Shown here: piece after piece, positions 1 through 13,680 of the stretch
How positions within the stretch are numbered: the first letter of the stretch is position 1
Layout of the letters: each line of letters starts with the position of its first letter
From: Raja brachyura
Taxonomy: Eukaryota
Direction: 5' to 3'
DNA: 64,000 nucleotides
NCBI GenBank assembly: GCA_963514005.1
Contig: OY740795.1
Span: 310,001 to 374,000 of the forward strand
Position numbers and translations under genes: made by a program
The notes under the pieces: model-generated
The model's input: only the letters and a program-made list of their open reading frames with translations
Databases searched by the model: none
What the model was told of the DNA's origin: nothing

Positions 1-214
1 GGGAACTTTTTCGATACGTAGATGGCGGCGTATGGAACGAGCTGCCGGAGGAGGCAGTTAAGGAAGGGACTATCACAACGTTGAAGAAACATTTAGACAA
101 GGAAGTGGATTGGACAGGTTCAGAGGGACATGGGCAACACGCAGGCAGGATGGTGTATTAAATGCTGGAGTAACTCAGCGGGACAGGCAGCATTTCCGGA
201 GAGACGGAATGGGT

Positions 215-242
215 GACGTTTCGGGTCGAGACCCTTCTTCAG
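215..242 (-). ncRNA. Minimal hammerhead-ribozyme-like core in a Penelope-derived short repeat
   Basis: Minus strand reads CTGAAGA-A-GGGT-CTCG-ACCC-GAAAC-GTC: the CUGANGA/GAAA core, a 4-bp stem II and a GUC triplet. A near-identical copy is at 5685-5712 (-). Confidence 0.55.
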
Positions 243-585
243 ACGTCTTCAAATGGGGCATTTTCGTCGGCATGGTCAAGTTCGTCCGAAGGACGTGTTT
301 CCATGCTGTATGACTTTATGACTATAATTAATTTATTCATCAATCCCCGACACCATTAATTGATTGGTGTTTAGATGCTACATAAAAACAGGCCCTTCTG
401 TCAACAGAGTGCACGTCGACCATCACTCACCAGTTCACACTAGTTCCTACCTCCGCATCTACTCCCGACGCATGAAGGCAAATTTACAGCGCCCAATTGA
501 CCTACAACCAACATTTGAGATGTGGGGGAAAAACGAAGCTCCCCGAGGAAAGATAAGCGGTCGCATGGATAACCTGCAGACTCCA

Positions 586-1715
586 CTGCATGTGCTGTAA
601 GGCAGCAACTCTACAGCTGCGCCCCCATGGCCGCCCGGAAATTAATTTGGTTGGGTTGGAATGGTGGGCAGGATAAATAATTCACGCGAATCCTTTGCGG
701 TTTGGGAGCACACAGTGAATGGCGGTATATGAGCACAACGCATTTTCGCGGGGAATAATAAAGATAGGCACCAAGTTTCCAAAGATTTCCACACGCTAAA
801 AAAAACCCTTCAAAAATAACAGGCCTTCTCCTCCTTCAATAAACTGTGATTTGCTAATGTTTGATGAAGCGAGATGTGGATCTCATCATTCAAACTGGAG
901 ATAAATAAACATTGAAACAACTTGCAACAATATGAAGTGTGACATATCGTTGTTCAAGTAGAGGAACGACTTGGAGTTCAAATCTTCATCTCAATCCCGG
1001 ATTCCATGCCTTTCTCTTAACATCTCATCTGTGCCATTTTACAAAGCCCTTGCCCACATATCGCCCCTACTCATTCCTTGGCCCTTATCTGCATTAATCC
1101 CCTGACAAAGTTCGATTGTTTTAATATTATTATCAGTGGCATTAGTTGTATGTATGTTGCAAGATAATTCATTGAATTATTTGAGAAATTCTTGTCACTG
1201 TTAGTTTGACGAACGCGCCCCAGTGTGGACATCTTTGGCGACTTGATGCTTATCTTTATCATTCTCTTAGAACATTCTTGTTACCGATATTCAACCTGAC
1301 GTGGTTCTCCCCAAGCTCTGCCTCACTGATTACTGTATTCAGATAAAATATACCGTGGGTCCAACAGTAGCAATGCCCCCAAGTTCGAATCTGTAGATCT
1401 GTGATTAGTTCGAGTATTTGGCAAATAAGGTTGCAGTGTAGTTACCCGATTGTCCAACTAACCGGGATACACGCCTGTGTACACTGCGATGACGATCCAT
1501 TCCATCTATAACAATAACATACCAGGTTATTCTGCCGATCACTTATTTTCGCAGCTGAGTTCACGCACATCAATAACATTCGAAGATTTTAAGACACGCC
1601 GACATTTTCCAGAAATATATCCAATTTAACGAAGAAAATGTTATGTAACAACGCGTCTTTATTTGAAATACAGATAATTTTCATCTTGCTTGTTTCGCTT
1701 CCTTATGTAGGAATT
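586..1715. repeat. Copy A of a ~1.1-kb locally duplicated unit
   Basis: Aligns by eye along its length with 13956-15060. Partial copies lie at ~12497-13040 and 13681-13955. Bases 1-590 also resemble 5490-6057. Confidence 0.85.
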
Positions 1716-3959
1716 AGGATCATGCATGGTGGAATATGGGCCAAGCGCAGGCTGGTGTGATTAGTGTAGATGGGACATATTGGTCTGTGTAGTCAGAATA
1801 CCCGGGTTTCTGGCGCAGTAAGGAAGTAGCTACACTTCACGCCACCGTGCCGCCGTGCCACTGAGCTATATGGTGAGGATGAGTTGGCTAGGACTTCAGT
1901 CCATGATGTGCATGGGGATGAGAGGAATAGATCGGGTAAACGCACAGAGTCATTTGCCCAGTATAGGGGAATAGAGAACCAGAGGATACAGGTTGAAGGG
2001 GATTGTGTGTGTGGCGGGGATTTAATTGGAACCAGAGCGGTAACCTTTTTACACAAACGGTGGTGGGTGTCTGGATCGCGCTGTCGGGGTAGGTAGTGGA
2101 GGAAGTTACCCGCGCAACGCTTTAGACAGGTACATGGAAAGGATAGACATGGTGGAATATGGGCCAAGCGCAGGCTGGTGTGATTAGTGTAGATGGGACA
2201 TATTGGTCTGTGTTTGTGTGTGTGTGAATGTGTGTGTGAGAGAGAAAGAGAGAGTGGGACCCACTGTTCGCTGTCCTTGGCCCCATGCACACGCTGCTCA
2301 TCATGTTTTGGTGGCAGAGTTAATTGATTTGAGAGGTGTTGATGCATTCGGAACTATATGTCTTACATCATCTGCTGTGCAATCGATTTACCATGTTATA
2401 GAGTCGTGGGAGTAGAGAGCATGGAAATAGGCCCATCCGCTCAACCCCCCCCCCCCCACATCGAACAAAATGCCCCATCTACTCCAGTCCCATTTGCCTG
2501 CGTTTGGCCCATATCCCTCTAAACCATTCCTCTCAATATACCTAATCGAAATGTATTTTCAAAGTTGAGATAGTGACTGCCTCAACATCCTTCTCTGGCA
2601 GCTTGTTCCATACACCCTCCACCCATTGAGTAAAAAGGCTTATCATAAAGTTCCTATTAAATCTCTCCGTCTCACCTCAAACATCTTGCCGTCAGACCCT
2701 TGTTTCGAAAGAACCCTACCCTGGGTAAAATACTGTGAATACACGCTGTTTATTCCCCTCGTGCTCGTATACACCTCTACATAATCATTTATGTAGTCTA
2801 TTCCTGAACTGTAGTGCAAATATTAGCAGTGATGGCGGATTCAGTTGTAAAATTCGGATTAGATCTGAGAAGAGCAGTTGGTAGGGCGATAGACACAGCA
2901 AGGCGGTGTAGGCCCTGCCCAGTAACCAGTTGGGATTGAACCAACTTTGCTGGCCGCATTCGTGATTCGGGAGACAAGTAGTTGGCAGTGGCGACCGTGA
3001 TACAACGGGCAACAGGTACATTATTATGTGTACCGCTTTGATTTTCTCACGCAATTCAAGGTTAACTTAACAGAAAATTCAGGATGGACTGTAAGCAGAC
3101 AACATCAAAGGAGAGAGAAGCAGATTTAACTCTTATGTTGATATTTTTGCATATAAATTGGCATAGACAGAACCACCGACAGTAAAACACCTAGCGCCTG
3201 TGTGCTCAGCAGCTCGGGAAGCATCCGGGAAAGGAATGGATAGGGCGACGTTTCGAGTCGGGACCCTTCGTTGGTCTGATTGTTGGCCACTGACCCTAAA
3301 CATCGCCTGTCTATTTTCCTCTACGGTTGAATCCTGATGTACTGAGCTTCTCCGGTACTTTCAGTTCTGCTGAATATTTCAACATCCGTCAGTTTCACCG
3401 TCGAAAACAAAGATCTATATAGCTCCGCTACTGGATATTTGGTCGAAAGAAGGATAACACAGGAGATAACTCGAATAACCAGCAGGAAAGTATGGAAAAG
3501 GGCGGAATGCAGGAATGATGTTATGAACAACGGTTTACTGTGCCAGGTACAACAATATAGCAACGGAATAGAGACAGATATAGACCGTGTCGTTATGAAG
3601 ATAAACTGGGAAAATGTGTATTGAACACGTGTGATTACTCATTACGTGCAGAGGTGAGGGTGCACGGCATCCAGTCGGGGGACATGCAGTCCTTCGCGGA
3701 GGTTTGGAAGATATTCACTGGAACTGTGACAAATTTGGAGGATTCCAAGGGACGGTATCTCCCCCATTGTTCCCATCCAAGGAGTATAGCCGCGCTGGTT
3801 CATATGGGGCATTTATATGTACAGCGTTCTTTCACTCTATCTCCCAGTCCCTAAGTGCACACACGCAGACATGTACAGTCTTTTCTTTGAATGCTCAGCA
3901 CTCAAACAGAACGGTTTATTTTACTATTTCTCATTATACGTGGCAATAATAAACTGATA

Positions 3960-4125
3960 TAAACCAAGCTAAACTAAGCTAAACTAAAATAAAATAAACC
4001 AAACTAAACAAAACTAAACTACACTTAACTTAACTGAACTGAACGGAATTGAACTCAACTAAAGGAAATGAATCTGAATTAAACTGAACTGAACTAAACT
4101 AAAGTAAGCTAAACTTAATGAAACT
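3960..4125 (+). repeat. (CTAAA/CTGAA)n pentanucleotide microsatellite
   Basis: Imperfect AACTA/AACTG array. The same motif occurs at ~25090-25185 and 55975-56130 as SINE tails. Confidence 0.9.
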
Positions 4126-4399
4126 CACAGCCATGCTTTAGGTGCCGTTCTATGCACAATGACTTTCAGGTATATACGTGTCGTTACGTTTGCTCTTCAT
4201 ATAACACCGAGCTCCTTGGATAACACTATTTTAATATTATTGCTTCAGTGATAAGGTCAGTGACTCCAACGCAGCTGTTCCATCAACAGATAGGCCCCAC
4301 CCCGCTCACCGCTATTGGAGAGCCAACGGAGACACGGGGCAACAACGAGGGAGCGTTCTGATTGCCGACGGCACATCAACAACTCAGCTGATAGACGCC

Positions 4400-4857
4400 A
4401 TGTGGTACCTCATTATCTGGATTGTGCGGGGAACATTTACGATAAGTTATAGTGACACGCATACATTTATTTTCTCTTTTACTTGTGAAACAGGGTATGA
4501 ATCTCAGACTTTAAATCTTGCAGGTCTGATTTTTTTTTTCCGTTTGGATCTATTTTTACAGATCACATATTCTGTCACTCAATCGCCGCCATTAGCAGTG
4601 AAGACATAAGGAGAAGCAGCGACGTTGGAATGCACCTACAAAACCCCGGGTGCCTACAGGACATACTGGTGTCGACAGATTCCTGGCTCAGAGCCTGAAT
4701 ACACTTTACGGAAAGACAGCGATGGCGATGAATGGAAAGCGCGGTTTGCTGACAGTCGTTTCTCTGTCGAACCCCGCACCGGGAGTATATTCATCAGTTT
4801 GACCATCTCAGATCTGGAGCCGAGCGACTCTGCAGTTTATTACTGCACTTTGAGCCG
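4400..4857 (+). pseudogene. TCR alpha/delta-type V pseudogene (V1)
   Basis: Leader MWYLIIWIVRGTFT (4400-4441) has a defective donor (ATAAGT at 4442). The V exon starts at 4562: ITYSVTQSPPLAVKT*GEAATLEC...WCRQ...SDSAVYYCTLS, with an in-frame TAA at 4607-4609. Heptamer CACAGTG at 4858-4864; the nonamer is degenerate. Confidence 0.88.
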
Positions 4858-6072
4858 CACAGTGATGGGAATCAGTATACACCCGTATGGTAACACCAGG
4901 CGCCTCGCAGCTCGCGCTTGAATCCAATGCAAGCCTCATACGGGGCCTGTTCGCGGTTTCCTATCACTCTGAGAATTGTTTCCCAAGTCGTTTTTGGTAC
5001 GATTTGCGTAGGTGCGCCGGTGGCTTGCTTCCTATTCGCTGAGAGCTGTCACCCTTGAATCCCTTCCTTCCGTTACTGGCTCCTGTTCGTTTCTATGCTC
5101 CGCTCCGCATCCCCCTCTCGTTCCAACAGCTTCGAAATGAAAGTCTCTCAGTTTCCCTGCTTTTCAGAAGGCGGCGTATTTGGAATGTTCCTTGTTCCAT
5201 TCGGATTCCGAAATTCTTTACTCAAAGTCTCCCATGAGTTGTGATAATTTCCCGCCGATTACGATGATCACAACGCCATTAATAATCAATTTTAGAGAGT
5301 CTGCTAAGCGGGGTTAGTGCACTGTCGGTGTGTAGTTTGCACGTTCTCCTGTTCGTCCAAATAGATCGTAATATATCGGTTAGTCGCAGAATATCTTACT
5401 AAGAATAGGGGAAGCAAGAACCCGTGGACATGGGTATAAGGTGCTGGGTGGCGGTGGTGGGGGGTGGGTGTGTCATTTTTTCGACACATACGGTGGCGGT
5501 GGATGGAAGGAGCTGCCGGAGGAGGCAGTTAAGGCAGGGACTATAGCAACGTTGACGAATCATTTAGACAGGGACATGGATTAGACAGGTTAGAGGGATA
5601 TGGGCAAAACGCAGGCAGGCGGGTGTACTAAATGCTGGAGAAACTCTGCGGGTGAGGCAGCATTTCTGCGGAGTAGGAATGGGTGACGTTTCGGGTCGAG
5701 ACCCTTCCTCAGACGTCTTCAGATGGGGCATGTTGGTCGACGTGGGCAAGTTATGCCGAAGGACCTGTTTCCATACTGTATGACTTTATGTCTCTATAAT
5801 AAATTAATTCTTGAATCCCCGACGGCATTAATTGATTGGCGTTAAGATGCAACATGAAAACAGGCCGTTGAGTCATCAGAGTCCACATCGGCCATCACAC
5901 ACCAGTTCACAATAATTCCTATTTTCGCATCTACTCTCTACGCATGAAGGCAATTTTACAGCGACCAATTGACCTACAATCTCGCACGACATCCGAGATA
6001 TGGGGGGAAACCGAAGGAAAGATAAGCCATCGCATGGATAACCTGCAGACTCCCCACAGCCAGCACAAAGGC

Positions 6073-7197
6073 ACATAGAAGCATAGAAAATAGTTTCAGG
6101 AGGAGGCCATTCGGTCCTTCGAGCCAACACCGCCATTCGTTGTGATCACAGCTGATCATCCGCTATCAATAACCCGTGCCTGCCTTCTCCCCATATCCCT
6201 TGACTCCACTAGCCCCAAGAGCTCTATCCAACTCTCTCTTAAATCCATCCAGTGATTTGGCCTCCACTGCCCTCTGTGGCGGGGAATTCCATAAAATCGC
6301 AACTCTCTGGGTAAAAAAGTTTTTTCTCACCTCTGTCTTAAATGACCACCCCTTTATTCTAAGACTGTGGCCCCTGGTTCTGGACACATCCAACATTGGG
6401 AACATTTTTCCTGCATCTAGCTTGCCTAGTCCTGGTATAATGTTATATGTTTCTGTAAGATCTCCCCTCATCCGTCTAAACTCCAGTGAATACAAGCCTA
6501 GCCTTTTCAATCTTTCCTCGTATGACAGTCCCGCCATCCCAGGGATCAATCTCGTGAACCTACGCTGCACTGCCTCAATCACAAGGATGTCCTTCCTCAA
6601 ATTAGGAGACCACAACTGTACCCAATACTCCAATGTGGTCTCACCAGAGCCATATACAACTGCAGAAAAACCTCTTCACTCCTGAAGTGAAATCCAGTTG
6701 TTATGAAGGCCAACATTCCATTAGCTTTCTTCACTGCCTGCTGTACCTGCACGCCAACTTTCAGTGACTGGTGTACAATGACACCCTGGTCTCGCTGTAC
6801 CTCCCCCTTACCTAACTTAACCCCATTGAGATAATAATCTGCCCCCTTGTTTTTGCCGCCGAAGTGGATAACCTCACATTTATCTATATAATACTGCATA
6901 TGCCACGCATTTGCCCACTCACTCAACTTGTCCAGATCCCCTTGCAACGTCCTAACATCCTCCTCACAGTTCACACTGGCACCCAGCTTTGTGTCATCCG
7001 CAAACTTGCTAGTGTTGCTCCTAATTCCCTCTTCCAAATCATTAATATACACGGGAAACAGTTGCGGCCCCAACACCGAGCCTTGCGACACTCCACTCGC
7101 CACTGCCTGCCATTCTGAAAATGACCCGTTGCGGCCCCAACCCCGAGCCTTGCGACATTCCACTCGCCACTGCCTGTCATTCTGAAAATGACCCGTT
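6073..7197 (-). mobile_element. CR1-type LINE, 3' part of RT ORF2 (interrupted by a Penelope-like element)
   Basis: ORFs carry [19 protein letters not shown] and VRKNFFTQRV. A CATAGAA-type tail is at ~6073-6092. There is a 67-bp internal duplication at 7061-7197. Confidence 0.92.
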
Positions 7198-7209
7198 CAC
7201 CCCTACTCT

Positions 7210-10200
7210 CCTCCGCAACAACCCAGACTGGGTTATCAAACCCGCCGACAAGGGAGGTGCTGTGGTAGTCTGGCGGGTCGATCTCTACAAAGGAAAGGCC
7301 ACGTGCCAACTCTCGGACACCTCCTCCTACTTACCCCTGGACCATGACCCCACTGACCAGCACCAGGTCACCATCTCGAGCACCATAACCGACTTCATCA
7401 ACTCCGGCTCCCTACCCCCCAGAGCCTCCAACCTCATCGTTTCCCAGCCCCGCACAGCCCGATTTTACCTTCTCCCCAAAATCCACAAACCCGACTGCCC
7501 CGGCAGACCCATTGTCTCTGCCTGTTCGTGCCCCACCGAACATATTTCCACATACCTTGACTCCATCCTATCCCCCTTTGTTAAATCCATCCCCACCTAT
7601 GTTCAAGACACCTCAGACACTCTCCGTCGGCTCCGCACATTCCGTTGTCCAGGCCCCCATCCTCTCATCTTCACCATGGACGTCCAGTCACTCTACACCT
7701 GCATCCCCCACCAGGATAGTTTCAAAGCCCTCCAGTACTTCCTCGACCAGAGGAGCAACCCATCCCCATCCACTGACACCCTCCTCCACCTAGCGGAGTA
7801 GGTCCTTACCCTCAACAACTTCTCTTTTGACTCCTCCCATTTCCTCCAAACACAAGGGGTAGCTATGGGCACACGCATGGGCCCTAGCTACGCCTGCCTC
7901 TTTGTCGGGCACGTCGAACAATCTTTGTTCTCGGCGTACCAGGGCCCCACCCCCGACCTTTACCTCCGTTACATTGACGACTGCTTTGGTGTCACCTCCT
8001 GCACCCACGGACAACTGACTGACTTCATCCATTTATCCACCAACTTCCATCCGGCACTCAAATATACTTGGACCATTTCCGACATTTCCCTACCATTCCT
8101 TGACCTCACCATCTCTATTGCAGGTGATACACTCCTGACTGTCATCCACTACAAACCAACTGACTCCCACAGCTACATGGACTACTCTTCCTCCCACCCT
8201 GCTTCCTGTAAGGACTCCATCCCCTATTCCCAATTCCTCCGTCTACGCCGCATCTGCTCCCAGGATGACGTGTTCCACACCAGGTCGTCACAAATGTCCT
8301 CGTTCTTCAGAGAACGGGGTTTCCCCTCCCCCACTATAGATGAGGCTCGCACCAGGGTCTCCTCCATACCCCGCAACACTGCCCTCTCTCCCCATTCCCC
8401 CACTTACAACACGGGCCGAGTCCCCCTGGTCCTCACTTTCACCCCACCAGCCAGCGCATACAAAAGATAGTCCTCCGCCAGTTTCGCCACCTCCAACGTG
8501 ACCCCTCCACTCGCCACATCTTCCCATCTCCCCCGCGTCTGCCTTCCGCAAAGGCCGCTCCCTCCGTAACTCCCTTGTCAATTCTTCCCTTCCCTCCCGC
8601 TCCACTCCTTCCCTGGGCACTTTCCCTTGCAACCGCAAGAGATGCTACACTTGTCCCTTCACCTCCCCCATCCACTCCTTTCAGGGACCCAAGCAGTCAT
8701 TCCAAGTCCGACAGAGGTTCACCTGCACTTCCTCCAACCTCATCTACTGCATCCGTTGCTCCAGATGCCAGCTGATCTACATCGGTGAGACCAAGCGGAG
8801 GCTGGGCGATCGTTTCGCCGAACACCTCCGCTCGGTCCGCAATAACCAACCCGACCTCCCGGTGGCTCAGCACTTCAATTCCCCCTCCCATTCCGTATCC
8901 GACCTCTCGGTCCTGGGGCTCCTGCACGATAGTTTCAAAGCCCTCCAGTACTTCCTCGACCAGAGGAGCAACCCATCCCCATCCACTGACACCCTCCTCC
9001 GCCTAGCGGAGTTGGTCCTTACCCTCAACAACTTCTCTTTTGACTCCTCCCATTTCCTCCAAACACAAGGGGTAGCTATGGGCTCACGCATGGGCCCTAG
9101 CTACGCCTGCCTCTTTGTCGGGCACGTCGAACAATCTTTGTTCTCGGCGTACCAGGGCCCCACCCCCGACCTTTACCTCCGTTACATTGACGACTGCTTT
9201 GGTGTCACCTCCTGCACCCACGGACAACTGACTGACTTCATCCATTTATCCACCAACTTCCATCCGGCACTCAAATATACTTGGACCATTTCCGACATTT
9301 CCCTACCATTCCTTGACCTCACCATCTCTATTGCAGGTGATACACTCCTGACTGACATCCACTACAAACCAACTGACTCCCACAGCTACATGGACTACTC
9401 TTCCTCCCACCCTGCTTCCTGTAAGGACTCCATCCCCTATTCCCAATTCCTCCGTCTACGCCGCATCTGCTCCCAGGATGACGTGTTCCACACCAGGTCA
9501 TCACAAATGTGCTCGTTCTTCAGAGAACGGGGTTTCCCCTCCCCCACTATAGATGAGGCTCGCACCAGGGTCTCCTCCATACCCCGCAACACTGCCCTCT
9601 CTCCCCATTCCCCCACTTACAACACGGGCCGAGTCCCCCTGGTCCTCACTTTCACCCCACCAGCCAGCGCATACAAAAGATAGTCCTCCGCCAGTTTCGC
9701 CACCTCCAACGTGACCCCTCCACTCGCCACATCTTCCCATCTCCCCCCCCCGTCTGCCTTCCGCAAAGGCCGCTCCCTCCGCAACTCCCTTGTCAATTCT
9801 TCCCTTCCCTCCCGCTCCACTCCTTCCCTGGGCACTTTCCCTTGCAACCGCAAGAGATGCTACACTTGTCCCTTCACCTCCCCCATCCACTCCTTTCAGG
9901 GACCCAAGCAGTCATTCCAAGTCCGACAGAGGTTCACCTGCACTTCCTCCAACCTCATCTACTGCATCCGTTGCTCCAGATGCCAGCTGATCTACATCGG
10001 TGAGACCAAGCGGAGGCTGGGCGATCGTTTCGCCGAACACCTCCGCTCGGTCCGCAATAACCAACCCGACCTCCCGGTGGCTCAGCACTTCAATTCCCCC
10101 TCCCATTCCGTATCCGACCTCTCGGTCCTGGGGCTCCTCCACGGCCAGAGTGAGCAACACCGCAAGTTGGAGGAACCGCACCTCATATTCCGCTTGGGGA

Positions 10201-10567
10201 GTCTGCATCCTCTGGGCTTAAACATTGAATTTTCTCAATTCTGTTAACCCACACTGCCCCCTCCCCTCCCCACCTCTTCCTCAGCCTTCGGGCCCTGGCA
10301 TTCCTTCTCCATCCCCCCTTACCCCAGTCGCACTAGCTTCTCATTTTCACACCGCAAACAGCTTACAATGGCCTGTTTCCCTTATCATCAATACTTTTTT
10401 GCATATCTTTCATTCATTGTTCTTTATCTCTCCACATCACTGTTTATATCTCTCCTTTCCCTGATCCCTGACCAGTCTGAAGAGGGGTCTCGACCCGAAA
10501 CGTCGCCTATCTCCTTCGCTCCTTAGATGCTGCTGCACTCGCTGAGTTTCTCCAGCTTTCTGTGTAA
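7210..10567 (+). mobile_element. Penelope-like retroelement (RT plus GIY-YIG endonuclease), 5'-truncated, with a 1213-bp internal tandem duplication
   Basis: RT motifs: VIKPADKGG, LPKIHK..PGRPIVS, GVAMG.RMGP and LRYIDD. The C-terminal NLIYCIRCSRCQLIYIGETKR..RFAEH is GIY-YIG type. The unit 7715-8927 is repeated from 8928. Stops and frameshifts are present. Confidence 0.93.
10477..10504 (+). ncRNA. Minimal hammerhead-ribozyme-like core in the 3' UTR of the Penelope-like element
   Basis: Reads CTGAAGA-G-GGGT-CTCG-ACCC-GAAAC-GTC. Penelope-like elements are known to carry minimal type-I hammerheads. Confidence 0.6.
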
Positions 10568-11155
10568 CACTCCAACTCTTTGCTTCCGGTCTGCCAAACA
10601 ATTTTCTATCCACGTCAAAACCCTGCCCCAAATACCATGTACTCTAATTTTTGTCACCAGTCACCCGTACGGGACCATATCAAATGCTTTCTGAAAATCT
10701 AGATACGCTATATCCCCTGGCACCCCTTCAACCATTTTACTTGTCACATCCTCAAAACTTTCCAGCAGATTAGTCGAGCATGATTTCCCTTTCATAAATC
10801 CATGTTGACTTGGACTAATCCTTTTACTGCTCTCCAAATGCTCCAGTATTACCTCTTTAATAATTGAGTCCAGCATCTTTCCCACCACCGAAGTCAGGCT
10901 AACTGGTCTGTAATTCCCCGTTTTCTCTCGCTCCTTTCTTGAAAAGTGGGATAACTTTAGCTATCCTCCAATCCACAGGAACTGATCCTGAATCTATTGA
11001 ACATTGGAAAAATATCACCAATGCGTCCACTATTTCTAGAGCCACTCCCCTGAGGGCCCTGGGATGCAGACCATTCATTAAGCGAGAATTATATCTCGCT
11101 TAATGAATATGTCTTTCAGTTCCTCTACCCCCTTAGATCTTCTGTCCTCCAGTAC
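10568..11155 (-). mobile_element. CR1-type LINE, upstream continuation of the 6073-7197 element
   Basis: ORF 10661-10888 has VGKMLDSII...SQHGFMKGKSC.TNLL..YLDFQKAFD. The sequence resumes where 7197 stops. Confidence 0.9.
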
Positions 11156-11370
11156 CTCAGGTGAAAAAAAAAACCGAACGCTTCACCACTGTTCCATGGT
11201 TTAAGGGTGAGACTCAATGGAGAGATGGGGCATCAACGGCTAGAATACAATTTCGTTTATTCGAAAAATAAATTAAATTTAGTTTAGTTTAGAGATGCAA
11301 CGCAGAAACAGATCCCGACGCCCACCGAGACCGCACCGACCAGCGACCCCCAAACATTAACATTATTCAA

Positions 11371-12810
11371 CACACACTATGGACAATTTACACTTACACC
11401 AAGCCAATTAACCTGTATATCTACCTGTACGCCACAGATCTAGGAGAAAACCCACGAAGTCACGGCGAGAACTTACAAACTCCGCACGGACAGCACCCGT
11501 AGTCAGGATCGGTCCCGTGACTGCGGCGCTGCAAGTGCTGTAAGGCAGCAACACCACTGCTGCGCCACCGTGGCCGCCCGGAATTTAATTTGTTTGGGTT
11601 GGAATGGTGGGCAGATAAATCATTCACGCGAGTGCTTTGCGATTTGGGAGCACACCGTGAATGTTGGTATATGAGCACAACGCATTTTCGCTGTGAATAA
11701 TAAAGATAGGCACATGTCAAAAAAGATTTCCGCACGCTAAAAAAACCCTTCAAAATAACAAAATAGCCTTCTCCTCCTTGAATGAATAGTGATCTGGTAA
11801 ATGTTTGATGAAGCGAGGAGTGGATCTAATCATTGAAACTTTAGATGAACAGCCACACACACGGGACAATTTACATTCATACCAAGCCAATTAACCTACA
11901 TATTTGTACGCCACAGATCTCGGAGAAAACCCACGAGGTCACGGCGCGAACGTACAAACTCCGTACAGACGGCACCCATAGTTGGGATCGAAGTCGTGTC
12001 TCCGGCGCTGCAAGTGCTGTAAGGCAGCAACTCTACTGCTGCGCCACCGTGGCCGCCCGGAATTTAATTTGTTTGGGTTGGAATGGTGGGCAGATAAATC
12101 ATTCACGCGAGTGCTTTGCGATTTGGGAGCACACCGTGAATGTTGGTATATGAGCACAACGCATTTTCGCTGTGAATAATAAAGATAGGCACATGTCAAA
12201 AAAGATTTCCGCACGCTAAAAAAACCCTTCAAAATAACAAAATAGCCTTCTCCTCCTTGAATGAATAGTGATCTGGTAAATGTTTGATGAAGCGAGGAGT
12301 GGATCTAATCATTGAAACTTTAGATGAACAGCCACACACACGGGACAATTTACATTCATACCAAGCCAATTAACCTACATATTTGTACGCCACAGATCTC
12401 GGAGAAAACCCACGAGGTCACGGCGCGAACGTACAAACTCCGTACAGACGGCACCCATAGTTGGGATCGAAGTCGTGTCTCCGGCGCTGCAAGTGCTGTA
12501 AGGCAGCAACTCTACTGCTGCGCCACCGTGGCCGCCCGGAATTTAATTTGGTTGGGTTGGAATGGTGGATAGGGTAAATAATTCACGAGAATGCTTTGCG
12601 GTTTGGCAGCACTTCGTGAATGTCGGTATATGAACACAACACGGAGAATAATAAAGACAGGCACCAAGTCAAAAAAGGTTTCCACACGCTAAAACCCCCC
12701 CTTCAATATAACTAAACAGCCTTCTCCTCCTTGAATGAATAGTGGTCCGGTAAATGTTTGATGAAGCGAGGAGTGGATCTAATCATTGAAACTGGAGATG
12801 AACAACCAAC
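11371..12810. repeat. Tandem array of about three 479-bp units (SINE fragment plus duplicated flank)
   Basis: Near-identical ORFs are offset by exactly 479 bp (11460/11939 and 11845/12324). Confidence 0.9.
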
Positions 12811-13044
12811 AAAATAATTTGAAGCAATTTGAAGTGTTACATAAGGTTGTTAAAGTAAGGAGCGTTTAGCGTTCAAATATTCATATCATTCTCGGATTCA
12901 ATTACTTTCTCTTACCATCTCCTCTGTGCCAATTTACAAAGCCATTGTCCCTACTCGTGCCTTTGCCCTTATCTCCTTTCACCTCCTAACAAAGCTCGAT
13001 TGTTATAATACTATTATCTGTGGCATTAGTTTTATGAATTTTGC

Positions 13045-13680
13045 AATGGCAGGCGGTGGCGAGTGGAGTGACGCAAGGCTCAGTGTTGGGGCTGCAACTG
13101 TTTACCATATATATTAATGATTTGGAAAAGGGAATTAGCAGCAACACTAGCAAGTTTGCGGATGACACAAAGCTGGGTGGCATCAAGAGGATGTTAGGAC
13201 GTTGCAGGGTGACCTGGACAGTTTGAGTGAGTGGGCAGATGCGTGTCAGGTGAATTATTTATATAGATAAATGTGAGGTTATGCACTTTGGTGGCAGAAA
13301 CACGGGGGCAGATTATTACATCAATGGGGTTAGGTTAGATAAGGGTGATATTCAGTGACACCTGGGTGTCCTTGTGCACCGGTCACTGAAAGTTGGCGTG
13401 CAGGTACAGCAGGCAGCGAAGAAAGCTAATTGAATGTTGGCCTTCATAACAAGAGGATTTAAGTATAGGAGTAGAGGGTCTCTTCTGCAGTTCTATAGGG
13501 CTCTGGTAAGAACACATCTGGAGTATTGTGTACAGTTTTGGTCTCCTAATTTGAGGAAGGATTCCTTGTGATTGAGGCAGTGCAGCGTAGGTTCACGAGC
13601 TTGATCCATGAGAGGGCAGGACTGTCATATGAGGAAAGATTGAAAAGACTAGGCTTGTATTCACTGGAGTTTAGCAGGAT
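13045..13680 (+). mobile_element. CR1-type LINE RT fragment
   Basis: [25 protein letters not shown], degraded. Confidence 0.85.

Noticed and set aside
11371-12810. CRISPR-like or coding repeat array
   Set aside because: Eukaryotic 479-bp tandem duplication without unique spacers; the repeated ORFs are incidental.
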